A stretch of DNA of 64,000 nt from Dipteris shenzhenensis. Taxonomy: Eukaryota. The notes beneath the pieces are model-generated. The model did not search any database. It saw only the letters and a program-made list of their open reading frames with translations, and was not told where the DNA came from. The stretch lies in assembly GCA_047967505.1 (NCBI GenBank), contig CM106538.1. One strand, written 5' to 3'. This document shows positions 37,401 through 49,700 of this stretch, in pieces. Position numbers and translations under genes: made by a program. Position 1 is the first letter of the stretch; every line of letters starts with the position of its first letter.

Positions 37401-40400
37401 AACCTGCTTCTAAAAGCGGTTTTATGCACATCCTCGGCTCTAATCCGGATCTGATGATAGCCGCACTTAAGATCTATCTAGCTGAAAATCACGGCTCCAT
37501 GTAATGCATCTAGCAAATCATCAATCCGAGCCATCGGATACCTGTTCTTAACAGTGATATTATTCAATGCTCTGTAATCTATACACAGGCAAAACGTATC
37601 ATCCTTTTTCCTCTTTAATATCACTGGTGAAGCAAAAGGTGAAAAACTTGGTTGAATCTGCCCTAACTTGAGGTATTCTTCCAGTTGTCTACGCACCTCC
37701 GCTTCTTCAGCAAAACTCATTCTATAGGGAGGTCTATTTACAGGTTCTGCCCCCGGGATCAGTTCAATCTTATGCTGAACCTTCCGCTCTGGAGGTAACC
37801 CATAAGGTAGTTCATCCCTAAAACACTCAGAGAACTCCTCTGTTATAAGATTAGCCAGCTTGGCCATCTCACCACTTTACGTAACATCAATGCTAGCCGA
37901 AGACTCATCCACCGGCTCTACCGATGCTGTGCAAAGGAATAAAAACTCTACTTGAGCTTTTCTGATTTCCATCACGGAAACCAACGGTCCCTGAGGTATA
38001 TCTTTTTCACCTCGTAAGACATAAAGCACATCATTCATCTTGAATTGATATACGTGCTTTTTCCAATCAATGGCTGGATTCTTCCTAGAATGCCGCGCCA
38101 TTCCCAGGGCTATATCTGCATGAGCAAGCTTGGTCATTTCAAAATCAAGCTTCTCAGCATAGTCCTGAATCCGAAGCTCCAACTGGGTAACCCTTTGGTC
38201 CCATACTTCAGTTGAACTTCCATCGGCCATCCTGACTGTATACGCATAGTCAGATGGACTTGTCTTTAATTTCAGCCTCTTTACGAGCTTGGAGTTAATC
38301 ACATTGTGAGTTGACGCCGAGTCAAACAACACAATGACATCATGACTGGCCACTTGCCCTTTCATTTTAATTAACTCCGTATCATTAAAGGCCGTATACC
38401 CCGTTGCTGCGGGCTTAGATAGGATGTTATCAGGTGCACTCGTCACTAGCTTAGCAACAGACACACATAACAAACAAGGTACTAACCTCTGAGAAGGTCC
38501 CGCCAGTTGCATCTGCATATGTTCCGCACTGGGACTCTCCTGCATTTCTACGTCGCATTCAGATATTATCATATTAGCCGTGCGACGGTCCTTATTCAGT
38601 GGACAATCCTTCCACTGATGTCGCTGAGGGCAGCCGAAGCACAATCCTTCTTTTCTAGCTTTCTCTTTTTGTTCAGGGGTCAACGAGGACTTTGACCAAG
38701 CCCGGGCTGCCATTGGAGTTATTTTCCTTTTCACCCCAACGGTGGTACTTGTTTTTACTGGTTCCTCAACCGGCTTCACCTGCTTGGTTTGGCCACTTGG
38801 CTGCGAGACACTTGTCTTTGAAACCCATTTCCTCGGAAATCCCCCTTTTCTCGGGTGCTCATACTGAGTCCCTGCCTGCACAAATCCACCAGATCTGCCT
38901 CTGGCATCCTCATAGTTCAGGGCTACTGCTATAGATTCATCTAATGTAGTCACATATTTAGCCCGAACTTCCATTTTGATCTTGTCGTTCAGTCCATAGA
39001 TATAGTCCTTTAACTGAACCGACATAGGGAGAGGGTTTGTTATCTTCATGACACATTCCCTGAATTTGTCAGTGTACTCTGCCACTGACAAGCTCCTCTG
39101 ACGAAGATTTCTATAAGCATCCCAAGCTCGGGATTCTTCATCAGGTGGGAGAAAGTGTTTCTTGAACTCAGCTTTAAACCCTTCCCAGGTGGTTGGAGCA
39201 ACTTGATCCTTCTGTTGCTTTATCCACCATCTGTCCGCTACCTCAATAAACAGGTGTGTGGCCTCGCGGATTTTCTTTAGATCGGATCTAATCTCACAAA
39301 TGGCGAAGGCTTCTTCCCACTTGTGTAACCAAACCTCGATCACATCAGAGCTGCGCTCGGTCATCCGACCAGCGTACTTCTCCGGTCTATAATTAGCGAT
39401 ATTAGGCACTTTGACCCTTGCGCGCTCTAAGGAATGTATACTGGGCTCTGGCTCTGCTGGAGCTTTGCCCTTATCAATCCTAGACGGTCTAGCCGACAAG
39501 GCTTGCACCATCCCCCTAATCTCATTTTGACCAGCATTCACTTGAAGTTGCTGGTTCATAATCTGCTGTAAAGCATCCTCTAATATCGAAATCCTACCAA
39601 TAAAAGTAGGTGCTGCCTGATGTGACATCTGTTGTGTAGACTGTACTCTAGACTCACTAGGATTCACTCTTGAATTCTGTCCTTCCACCTCCATAGTTTC
39701 ACAAATGGAAAGGGGTTTTTTTTTTTTTTTCCTTCTCTTCTATTCCTTTTTTATTTCTTTTAAAAAAACATATACTCTCTCCCTTTTCTGGTTTTTTTTT
39801 TTTTCTCAACACGCCAAACTCCAAAGTAATATATATATACAACTTTTCGAATTTCTCTCTGTGGTATGCAATAACAGAGTGGAAATCGAAAAACCAGAAA
39901 CTCAAACGAAAGGAAGAAGATGCTCCCTGGTAATTACTCCTGACCAAGATTTCCCTCTCTTTCCGACGGTTGAAACTCTGCACGATCAATTCCCCAATTT
40001 GCTCATGCGTAGCCCACAACTACAGCTTGCCTTCTTGCGTCTGCTTTCGAATCAGCATCCAGTCCCGAACCACGAACTAGCTCTTCCGTTTGTGATTCTG
40101 ACTCTTTCGCTATCTGGTTCGACCGATTGACCCGCAAGCTACGTTGAGGCCTTCAAAAATCATACGTAAAGCCTTCACCCGCAAACTGCTCGTCAAGGAC
40201 TCCAGTTCGTGCGCTGCCTTACGAGACATAGGCCGTTTCGCTATCCCAGATCGTGCGTCAATTAGATCCTACAAATGTCCACGTCCCCTCTGCGCTGCAG
40301 TTTCGATTAGAAAAACCCGCCTGGTTTTCTTTCCCGTCAGCGCGTCGCAACTCGTTGATCCACTTCTTGCGTTCAACCCGCTACCAGCCGCTGCGTCACG

Positions 40401-41020
40401 CCTGATTCCGTGACAAATTCTAGGCTTAACGACTTCCTTTCATGCACCGCCAAGGTCTTAGGTGAGGATGAGCCCGTCAGCTTTCCGTCGACCTTTACCG
40501 CCAGCTCTGATACCAAATGTCGCAAACTCTGATTCAAACTTACGAAACTCTTTCCTGCGTTAATACAAGTCACGTCTCTTCTCCTTTTTCTGTTAGCACA
40601 ATCACGGGCGATGGCCTTCAAATTTTCCTCCCAGCCAATTCTCAGGGACCTGATGCGTCATATTACGTATATATCCATCGTTATTTTCCATTATCTTTGT
40701 CCCTGAGACCCTCAATTCCCTAGATAGTTCTCCTTGCCAAATGTCAACATTTTGGCCTCTCCACTTGGTGCACCATTTTACCCCTCTCTTGGGGCACATT
40801 AAATCCACTTGCCCCTTGGCATTATTGCACATTTAGGTGCACCTAGGCCTTAGCACTCAGAACTATCTAGTCAATGCCATTCCGCCCTCACCTAGGACCT
40901 TGGCAGTTACTTCTCTTGACCATTTTAATTACGCACATTAACTATTACAAAAGTTGGTCATCTAAGAGAAAATGCCCACCGATCTATCCGAGGTCATGCT
41001 ATCTCGGCTAGAGCATAACA
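34464..41020 (-). mobile_element. Full-length Gypsy (chromodomain) LTR retrotransposon, 6557 bp
   Basis: LTRs 34464-34967 and 40518-41020 differ by about 3 substitutions and 1 indel. TSD TCATT, iMet PBS at 40504-40515, PPT AAGAGGGAAGGAA at 34968-34980. Confidence 0.97.
34980..39694 (-). pseudogene. Gypsy gag-pol (Gag, CCHC, protease, RT, RNase H, integrase, chromodomain) with 3 in-frame stops and at least 3 frameshifts
   Basis: [67 protein letters not shown] and LSEATWE. Confidence 0.95.
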
Positions 41021-41335
41021 TCATTTCTTTTCCGCAAGATTTTGTATGAGGTTTTCACTGGATTTTATCCTGTTCTATGTATTTTGGTCATACTTAATAG
41101 AAGTTTACCTTTCCCCCCCTTCCCCAAAAAAAAAGAAAGAAAAAAGAAGAATTACAAAAGCAAAAAATAGCTGACGTGCACCAGTGCATTTTCTTGAACT
41201 TCAAGTAGCTTGCTGCACTCCTTGTTTCCTTTTTGGTGACAGTTATTATGCATGCATAGTTTATCCTCTGTTACTAATTGCTTTTAGAAGAATACTCAGA
41301 AATATCAACTTTGATCTGATCAATATCTCCTATTT

Positions 41336-44300
41336 TCCTTCGTACTCCGGTGTCTGGATTGCTCCACAGGAACTCGTTTTCAGCCTTGGCAGAGAGTTCA
41401 GATTTCCCAGAGGAGGAGTTTGTGCCCGCTACTTTTGGGGAGCCAGTGGTTGGATTTCCTGTTGACAGGGCTTCTTCTTCAGGTGCCAGGATTCTTTCCC
41501 CTATTGACTTTCCTCCACTAGGTTCCTTCCCTCCTTCCTCGAGCAAGAGGTCTTCCCCTGTTGAGGGGTTTGTTTCCGCCACTAGGTCGGGTAAGGTGTT
41601 CCACTCTACATCCTCCCGTCGATGAGGATTATCAGTTGGAACATACAGGGCCTAGGTGGCGTCCCACATCGCCGCCGTAGACAGCTGATCCGGGATCAGC
41701 TTCATCCAGGTGTTACTGGGGGTCCCATTGATATATTATTTATTCAAGAGCACAAGCTGGATTATAGAGATTGTGCCAAGTCAGGCAAGTTGCTTTCAGG
41801 ACATACTTTTTGGTCGCCTGCTTTGGGCACTAGGGGTGGCACTTCTATTTCAGTTTCGCATTCGGTTCTCCCCTTAGTTGTTGGGCACGGAGTCATTATC
41901 CCCTCTAGAGCTCAGTGGATTATTCTTTTGATTGGAGGGCGTAAGGTTGGCTTCCTCAACCTATATGCCTCCAACATTAGAGGGGAACGTGTCCTTATGT
42001 GGAAGACTTTGCTCTCCTGGGCCCCCATTGTGGATTCTTGGGTGATTGGAGGTGACTTTAACATGGTCGAGTTACCTTCAGACAAAAAAGGAGGTAGAGA
42101 AGGCGGACTTCACTCTTTGGAGAGAGCAGCTTGGGATGCCTTCCTTTTCCATTTCTGTGGCAGAGATACTTGGTGTGATGATGCCTTTCTTATTCAGCCA
42201 CAGTCCCTCCTGTTCTCTTGGTCGAACAGGAGGCAACAGATGCCTATTCATGCACGCATTGACAGATTTTATGTAGATGACTGGGCACTAGACAGAGGTG
42301 GATCGGTATGCATTGATGCGGGGGTTTCCACCTCATACCATTTCCCTGTTGTTCTGGCTATCTCAGAGCCTCACTTGAGAGGCCGATCTGCCAGCATCAG
42401 GATTCCAGATGCCTTTTACACAGAGGAGGACCTTACAGAGGCAGCCCTACGGATATGGTTTGCTCATGTCCAGGGAGGGCAGCCACATCCTTCACATTTA
42501 GCCGCTGCCCTCTCTGGTATTAGCGACTTTTACTGCTCAGTTGCTTCTACCAGAAGACGAGATATTCTCAGACGTGAGATTGGTGTTCGCCAGCAGTTAG
42601 CAGCTTTGCAGAGGGAAGAGCAGAAACGGCCGTCAGATGCTTGGATTCAGGAGCGCCTTGCTGCAGCGAGGGCTCATCTGCAGTTATTGCTTGATCAGAG
42701 AGCAGAGTATGCCTTTCATCCACGGGAGTCCTTCTGGATTCAGATGGGTGGTAGAGTCAATAAACACTTTTTCTCTACTCTTGGCCCTAGACATAGTAGA
42801 GAGAGTGTATCTCAGCTTCTTGACTCACATGGGGTTTTACAGACAGAGCCAGATGACGTCTTACGCATAGCTTCAGATTTCTATGCCACCCTCCTTACTG
42901 CTGATCCTGAGACACACGATATAGAGGATGCTAGACAGGCTATTTGGCAGAGTATCCCAGTGTTGGTGAATCCGGATATGCAGGTTCTACTTGACGCACC
43001 TTTCACCAACACAGAGTTCAGGACTGCACTTTCAGCCCTTCACAAGGGCAAGTGCCCAGGTTTAGATGGCCTCACACCGTCCTTTTTCATTGCATTTTGG
43101 GATATGATTGGAGACTATATTACTTCAGCCATGCAGGCCATTTGGGACTCTGGCGAGATGCCTGAATCGCTTACAGAGGGCCTCATCCACCTTATCCCAA
43201 AAGGAGGTAGCAGAAATTTATTGTCCCAGTGGAGGCCTATCACACTTCTGGGGACTTGTTACAAGATTCTGGCCAAGGCTATCAGCCTCCGATTGCAGCC
43301 ACTTCTCCCTGATCTTATCCACGACACTCAGACGGGATTTGTGCATGGCAGAAGTATTTTTGATAACATTTTTTCTTTCTGGGAAGCTTCAGAGTGGGCC
43401 ATGCAGAGTGGCCAGAATCTTGCCATTCTACTGTTGGATTTTGAAAAAGCTTATGACATAGTAGATTGGAGTTTTTTGGAGGGCACCCTTCTACGCTTTG
43501 GATTCACTGATGTTTGGATCAGAGGTGTTTCCTCTTTGTACAGATCAGCCCATAGCCAGGTACTTATTGGTGGGGTAAGGGGTGAGAGATTTCAGATTTC
43601 GAGATCAGTCCGTCAGGGATGCCCCCTTGCTCCTTTCCTTTTTTTATTCGTGGCCGAAGCTATGAGCATCTATGTTAGATCTCAAGCTGACATCTTTGGG
43701 CTGAGACTTCCTATCAGAAGAGAAGAGGAGCTGCTTGACAGTGAGTTGGCTGATGACACAGCGATTTATTTGGATGCCTCTCCACAGACATTGACTTCTT
43801 TCAGGACAGCATTGGATTTATTTTGCTTGGCGGCAGGGGCGCAGATAAATTGGCATAAATCCAATGGCTTTTGGATCAGTGATGAGGACACTCCAGTTTG
43901 GGGACTTGACATAGGGTTCACTTGGGTTCAGAGGGGTGTGCCTATCAGGTATTTGGGCTGCCAGGTCGGCTTGGGTATTTCTACCACGCAGCAGTTTGCT
44001 CCCGTGTTGGAGAGCATCAGAAGGAAGCTTCTCTTTTGGAGCATCAGAAGGAAGCTGGATCTTGCCTCTAGAGTTGTGGTGGTCAACCAGGTCCTCTTGG
44101 CCACGGCCTGGTTTATTTGTTCATGTTGGTGCCGTTCCAGGGACTGCATCATTCAGCTCAGAAGACCGATCAGGAACTTTCTCTGGAGTGGGCTTGATGG
44201 CACAGCAGATGCCTTAGCCAGAGTGGCTTGGGAGACCCTCATCCTCCCTACACAGGATGGGGGTCTCAATATTATTGATCCAGATTTACAGTGCAGAGCC

Positions 44301-46076
44301 TTACTTTGCAAGATAGTGGTGCGAGGACTTATGCCAGGACAGGAACCGTGGAAGGACTTTCTTATCAGCAGCATACAGAGGTGCACACCTTCCTCAGGAG
44401 GAGACTGGATGAGCAGTGTTAGATGGATCTTCACCTCAGCACACCTCAGATCACCTTCATCCCCTCTCATGGTTGCCATTCTGAAAGCTTGGGCTAGTTT
44501 CAGAAGCTCTCTTCGGAGGATTCCTCCTTCCTCCCGGGAAGAGATTGATAGGCAGCCCATCATGTGGAACGACAGTATTTTAGATGATCGTGGCAGACCA
44601 CTGGGTGCCTCACCCTACATGCAGTGGGCCAGGTGGGAGAGGGGACCTGCTTCTTCTTTAGGATCTTGGAAAGCCTTCCGTAGGCTTCCAGAGGAAACCA
44701 AGTCAAGGTTGACAGGACATCTCAGAGGGAGTGCAGGGAGGATCTTGCAGATTGAGACAGCCCTTCCAGAGGCTTGGATAGACACAGATGATATGCCTCA
44801 CTACCTCCACTTGGGCAGGTACTTTCTCGAGAGGCGGGGTTCCACTTCAGGTCTTAGCCTTCCGAGATGCACAGGAGGATGCTTTAGTTTTCAGTGTCCA
44901 GGATGGTGGCAGATTGCTTAGATCTACAGATGATATATTGCTTGAGTCTGCTTTTCAGCCTATCAGGGTCGTAGGCCTTTTGATGCAGGGATCAGATTCA
45001 GAGTGGTTCTTGGACCCTGACCCCCAGTTACTCTCCACCGGGTCTTGGAGACTTTGGCTCTATGGAGGAGTTCCCATCAGGTATTTACAGTGGGACCCCG
45101 GAGAGTGGGAGTGGATTGACGCGGGGCATCGAGAGAAGACCATCCCCTTCTTTCGTTACACGGTCAGTAATGCCAGAAGATTTCAGCTCAGTAGTAGAGG
45201 CTGGAGACCCTCCAGAGTTCCTCATTGGGAGACTTTTGGTATTACTGCGGATCAGCAGAGGTACTTCTGGAGGAGGCTCTGGAAATCCCACAGGAATAGA
45301 AAGATCACTATCTTCTTTTGGCTTTCTATTCATGGAGGGATTGCAGTGAACCTTTGGAGGTCCAGATTCGGAGCCGACCCTACTTGCCCTCGTTGCCTTT
45401 CTGCTTCGGAGTCTATTCAGCATTGCTTATGGGATTGCAGACAGGCGAGATTGATTTGGATGGGGATAGCCAGGATCTTCAGTCACTTTGCCCATTCCCC
45501 ACTCTTTATGACTTGGGGCTCGGTGGCTTGGCTTTCTCTTACAAGACCTCAGGTTTTCTATGAGGGACTTGACTCCTCCCGGGCCATTTCGGTTCGACGT
45601 CATCGGGTTGAGCTCTGCTCGTTGGATGTGGTTCCACACCGTCCTTTTACAGCTGTACATGCCTCTGTGGATACTTCTTGGGAGATTATAGCGAGCATAG
45701 CAGCCTGGCATATCTGGAGATCCAGATGCACAGAGGCTATGGAGGGTACTCAGGTTCATCCCTCGCACACATTGGCTAGTATCTGGACAGACATCGTACA
45801 CACTCTGATGGCCGTATGGACGGGTATACAGGGGGACTCCCGTGCAGCCTCAGCTAGGAGGGTTTCTTTCTTCACGGAATGGAAGGATTCTCCTTTCTTC
45901 TCTGAATCTACTACAGGGTTGAGATGGCACTTTCAGCCTCAGCCTTGGTTTCTTTCCACCTCACTCTGAGGGGGTTTTTTATTATCCTCATGATTTCATG
46001 ATGTATTCCGCTTTGAGCTTGCTCTCGCGGGTTTTTGTTCTTACTTAATAGAAGTCTTTTTCATGGAAAAAAAAAA
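41336..46076 (+). mobile_element. Young L1-type LINE, 5'-truncated within ORF1, complete ORF2
   Basis: 14-bp TSD AATATCTCCTATTT (41322-41335, 46077-46090) and a poly(A) tail. Confidence 0.97.
41622..45969 (+). CDS. L1 ORF2 (APE endonuclease, RT, zf-RVT) with one frameshift near 44800
   Basis: MRIISWNIQGL, FIQEH, GGDFN, RIDRFY, WRPITLL, DFEKAYD, RQGCPLAP, LADD and CPRC...ESIQHCLWDC. ORFs 41622-44921 and 44788-45969 overlap. Confidence 0.95.
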
Positions 46077-46209
46077 AATATCTCCTATTTGTCATACCAT
46101 AAGGACTAAATGTTCAGCTGACACACTATAATATTAAAAATAGGGTTTAAAAATATCATAGAATGCTGGAGAGAACTTTCTTCAAAAAAGGACCTAGGAA
46201 GAGGAGGAA

Positions 46210-46540
46210 TTGAGGCTTAAAGCTCGAGATGGAGGCGGCAATGGGAATGTTGTGTTCCCTACCACTGCGAAAGGAAAAGGTGGTTCCTCCACCAAAGGTG
46301 GGTCCTCTACTAGTGGTGACAAAAAGAAGAAAAGCAGCAAGAAGAAGTTTCAGGGAGAATGCTTCTACTGCAAGAAGAAGGGCCATGTGATTGCAGATTG
46401 CCGGGTCAAGAAAGCAGATGAAAAGAATGGTACCCTGAGAAAACAGATAAGGGGAAAGAGACAGCTAACACAACGGAAGCAGAGTTGGATCTATTTCTGG
46501 CCACTGAGGAAGAGTGTTCCTCAGTTCAAGAAGCGCAATG
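46210..46540 (+). mobile_element. Isolated Copia gag C-terminal fragment
   Basis: KKKFQGECFYCKKKGHVIADC zinc knuckle; no LTR recognised. Confidence 0.75.
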
Positions 46541-46631
46541 AATACTCACAAATTAGGTTAAAGAGATGCAAAAATTCAACAGCACTTTTGTAACAAGGCA
46601 AGCTAAAGGGATCAAGCTTGATTGTACTTAC

Positions 46632-46658
46632 CTTAGCCTCAGATGGCCCAATGTTGAC
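46632..46658 (-). CDS. BIN4: BIN4/MIDGET 27-bp exon: VNIGPSEAK
   Basis: CAG acceptor and AAG|GTAAGT consensus donor, phase 0/0. Matches BIN4 VNVGQ(T/S)EAK (recalled). Confidence 0.88.
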
Positions 46659-46854
46659 CTGCCAAGAAGATTTAACTTCAAAGACATGAAAAAAGCAACT
46701 GCCAATTACAATAAATGATGATGGATAGCAGCATTTGCATATTGATCGTAATTAAACTATTTGCTCACATGACGACACCTGCACATAAAGCTACTTCAAA
46801 TGTCCAAATTGAATTTTTTCATAGAATTTACAAGAAAAAAGGAAGAATATATAC

Positions 46855-46901
46855 CACGAAAAAAGTATTTGAAGGTACAACAGTTCCCTTGTAAATGATT
46901 C
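46855..46901 (-). CDS. BIN4: BIN4/MIDGET exon (47 bp): (G)IIYKGTVVPSNTFFV
   Basis: TGCAG acceptor and GTATA donor. Matches BIN4 GTIYK.TI.PSRTFCV (recalled). Confidence 0.88.
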
Positions 46902-48199
46902 CTGCACACGGAAAATAATTCAAAACAGCAGTAAGGAAACACGTCCAGCTCAATAATCCAGAAAGGTGTCTAAATCACCATGCTTACCCAAATGCATTGT
47001 GTACCATCCCGATTATTCAGAACCATTTGAAGCAGGTTCTACTTCCCATCTAGGAATTAAAATACCATCAATACATCTGTCCAGGAATACAAGATAAAGG
47101 ATACTGATGGTTCCCTCAAATTAACTGGATCTTTTTATGCATCTATATCTCAGTTACTAGGCTAGGATATTAAATGCAGTGGGCAAGGCATTCAGGAATG
47201 CCACTAATCTCGATTCTCAATCTCAGTTAGTGTGATCTTTACAAAAGCAAGTGATGTCTTGTCTTATACTTGCCTTTTCCTCTGGAATATCCTCTCATTC
47301 TGCTCTACAACATTTTGCACGAATCAAGCACAAGTACAGACAAGACACCAAACTTGCAACTGTCCTTGGACCCATACATGACTTACTCCAAGCATTGAGA
47401 TATGGGATCACAATCCAGCACAGCTCAGTTCAAGTATAGAGGCATGATGGATTACAATCCAGCATATCCCCTCAATCCTATATCATAGACAGCTATACAG
47501 AAAGGACTTAAGAGGCCTCACTAGTGGTTGCCAGTAATGGCATGGGCAGCTTGCTTATGAATCTTTACAACACCACTTTTGGAAAACAACATAAGAGAGA
47601 AAATAATAGAACTAAAGCATATAAGGAAATTGCCCCAAAAGAAACACACATCCACACACAAAGAGAAAAAGGGAGAAAGCTAGTTCAAACCAAAACACAC
47701 ACAATATAGCTCAACTTAAATGACAAAAAGAAAAGCAAAGTTCTCATCTAAATATTGAGCTTGTTTTTTTCATTTGGCACAATGATAAGAGGTAGAAAGA
47801 AGAGTTCTATGAAGTTAAGAGAAAGAGTTCCTACACTGCTCCTCCCAAATTGCGGAGGGGCAATAAAAAGGATCTCCCACGTGATGCTTCAATAAAACAA
47901 TTACTCCGAAATGTAATGGACTACTTTTTTGTTACAGAATTTCAAGATCAAGCAACAAATGATGCTCCTTGTGTTGTTTATTTGGCAAGAAGATCAAAGG
48001 TGGAAAAGAAGAGGTCTATGAAAAAGAGTTCCTCCAGTGTCTCCTCCCAGAGTGGGGATGGGGAAAAAAAGGCTCCCCCATGTGATGCTTCAATGCTCCA
48101 AGGCCCATTCTAGTGAGAATGTGGGTGCTAAGTTTTCGAACCAGATAATCCTATTGTTGCAGATAAAAACACTACTGAGACTAATGTTGAGACGAAGAT

Positions 48200-49700
48200 T
48201 GTAAAATTTCGGAAGGCCTCTGACACTGTCCTGCGATCCTGCATGATCAAGAGACTACAGGATATGCAGATTCCAGAGGTTCTAATCTGGGGAGTGGTGA
48301 GCCTATACAAGTCTGTTAGAGGGAGAGTTCGTGTCCCAGGAGGCCTATCAGACTGGGTTGAGAGCACAATCGGAGTAAAGCAGGGATGCCCTCTCTCACC
48401 GACTCTCTTCGGGCTCTACATTGATGAGATTACATCTTTTATAGACCGCCTAGGAGGCGAGGGAGCACCACTAGCAGACTTGATGATACAGATTCTACTA
48501 TACGCGGATGACATAGTCCTCCTGTCATCGTCGGCAGAGGGACTACAGAGACATCTAGATGCCCTAGAGGTGTTCTGCACAGAGAGAGACCAGATGGTTA
48601 ACCTTGGGAAGACCAAGGTCATGATCTTCAACACCTCTTACGCAGTGCTTCACCGACATAGCTTTACATACCAGAGTCAGCCAGTGGAGATTGTGCAGTC
48701 CTACACATACTTGGGTGCAGTTTTCACAGGGCCAATTTTCACGATGACCCACACAGCCAAAGCATGACTCACACGAGGGCATGGTGCCTTGGCCCGACTA
48801 GAGCGATAGTGCTTCCAGGCGCACTTCCAAGATCCACGGACAAAGTGTTGGCTTTTCGACACTCTAGTGAGGCGGACCGCCATGTATGCGGCACCTTTTT
48901 GGGGGTGTGGTATTTCAGCAGCGGAATGGAAGAGATTCGAGCAGCTACACGTGATTATGGGTTCCAGGATGATTCGGAGTAAGCCCTCGGTCCCCCATCA
49001 GATAGTACACGTAGAGTTTGCCATGATCCCTCTCCAGGTTGATGCCATTTTTCAGACAATGACCTTCCTCCATAGAGTCTGGGACCTACCTCGCGAGAGA
49101 CTTCTGAGGCTGGCACTAGAGTCCTCCATACGACTATCTGAGAGTGGGGTAGGTACAACATGGTTTGCACGCGTCACCGCATGGTTTGCCAGTCACGGCA
49201 TTGAAATGGATCGGCTTCCCCCATTTCAGTATAGCATGGATGCACCGCCCGAGTAGATCCCACGAGATGAGATTAACCGCATCATATGGTTAGATCTCCA
49301 GCTCCACACATCTCGCACTTTGGGGTGGGGGGGGGGGGGGCGGGCGGGGGACCAGAGTTCCCCACCAAGACCAAGCTCTACTATGACCACTTTTTGAGAG
49401 TATCGGAAGATGGGCTCATCATCAGACCTCAGTATCTCGAGGGCAGAGGAGTCGCACACGCATTGAGGATTGCCATCGGACAGATGCGGATCTTGTCCCA
49501 TCAGCTGAGGATCGAGACGGGGAGAGCTGCATGCATACCCAGAGAGCGGTGGACTTGCAGGTTGTGCACGATGGGGGCGGTCGAGACAGAGGAGCACTTT
49601 CTATGTGTCCACCCAGCCTACTATGAGATCCAAGGGCGCTACCACTGCCTTTTTCAGGAGGGGTACGGCTTTGGCCCGCTTGGCCGCTTGCGACTTTCAT
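48200..49700 (+). mobile_element. RTEX-type LINE ORF2 fragment (RT to zinc finger)
   Basis: KQGCPLSPTLFGLYID, LYADD, VNLGKTKVMIF and CRLC...EEHFLC. Confidence 0.9.

Larger units (their letters stand above)
33400..41150 (+). mobile_element. Degenerate L1 3' fragment (33400-34463 + 41026-41150) split by the full-length Gypsy element
   Basis: WHLWLYG..LQHSPWDPREW and AWAIIASLTAWQIWRSKCTEALDG. The 3' UTR with TACTTAATAGAAG and an A-rich tail resumes after the LTR. Confidence 0.82.

Noticed and set aside
39699-40130. ORFs on both strands upstream of Gypsy gag
   Set aside because: Artefacts of A/T homopolymer-rich 5' leader sequence.
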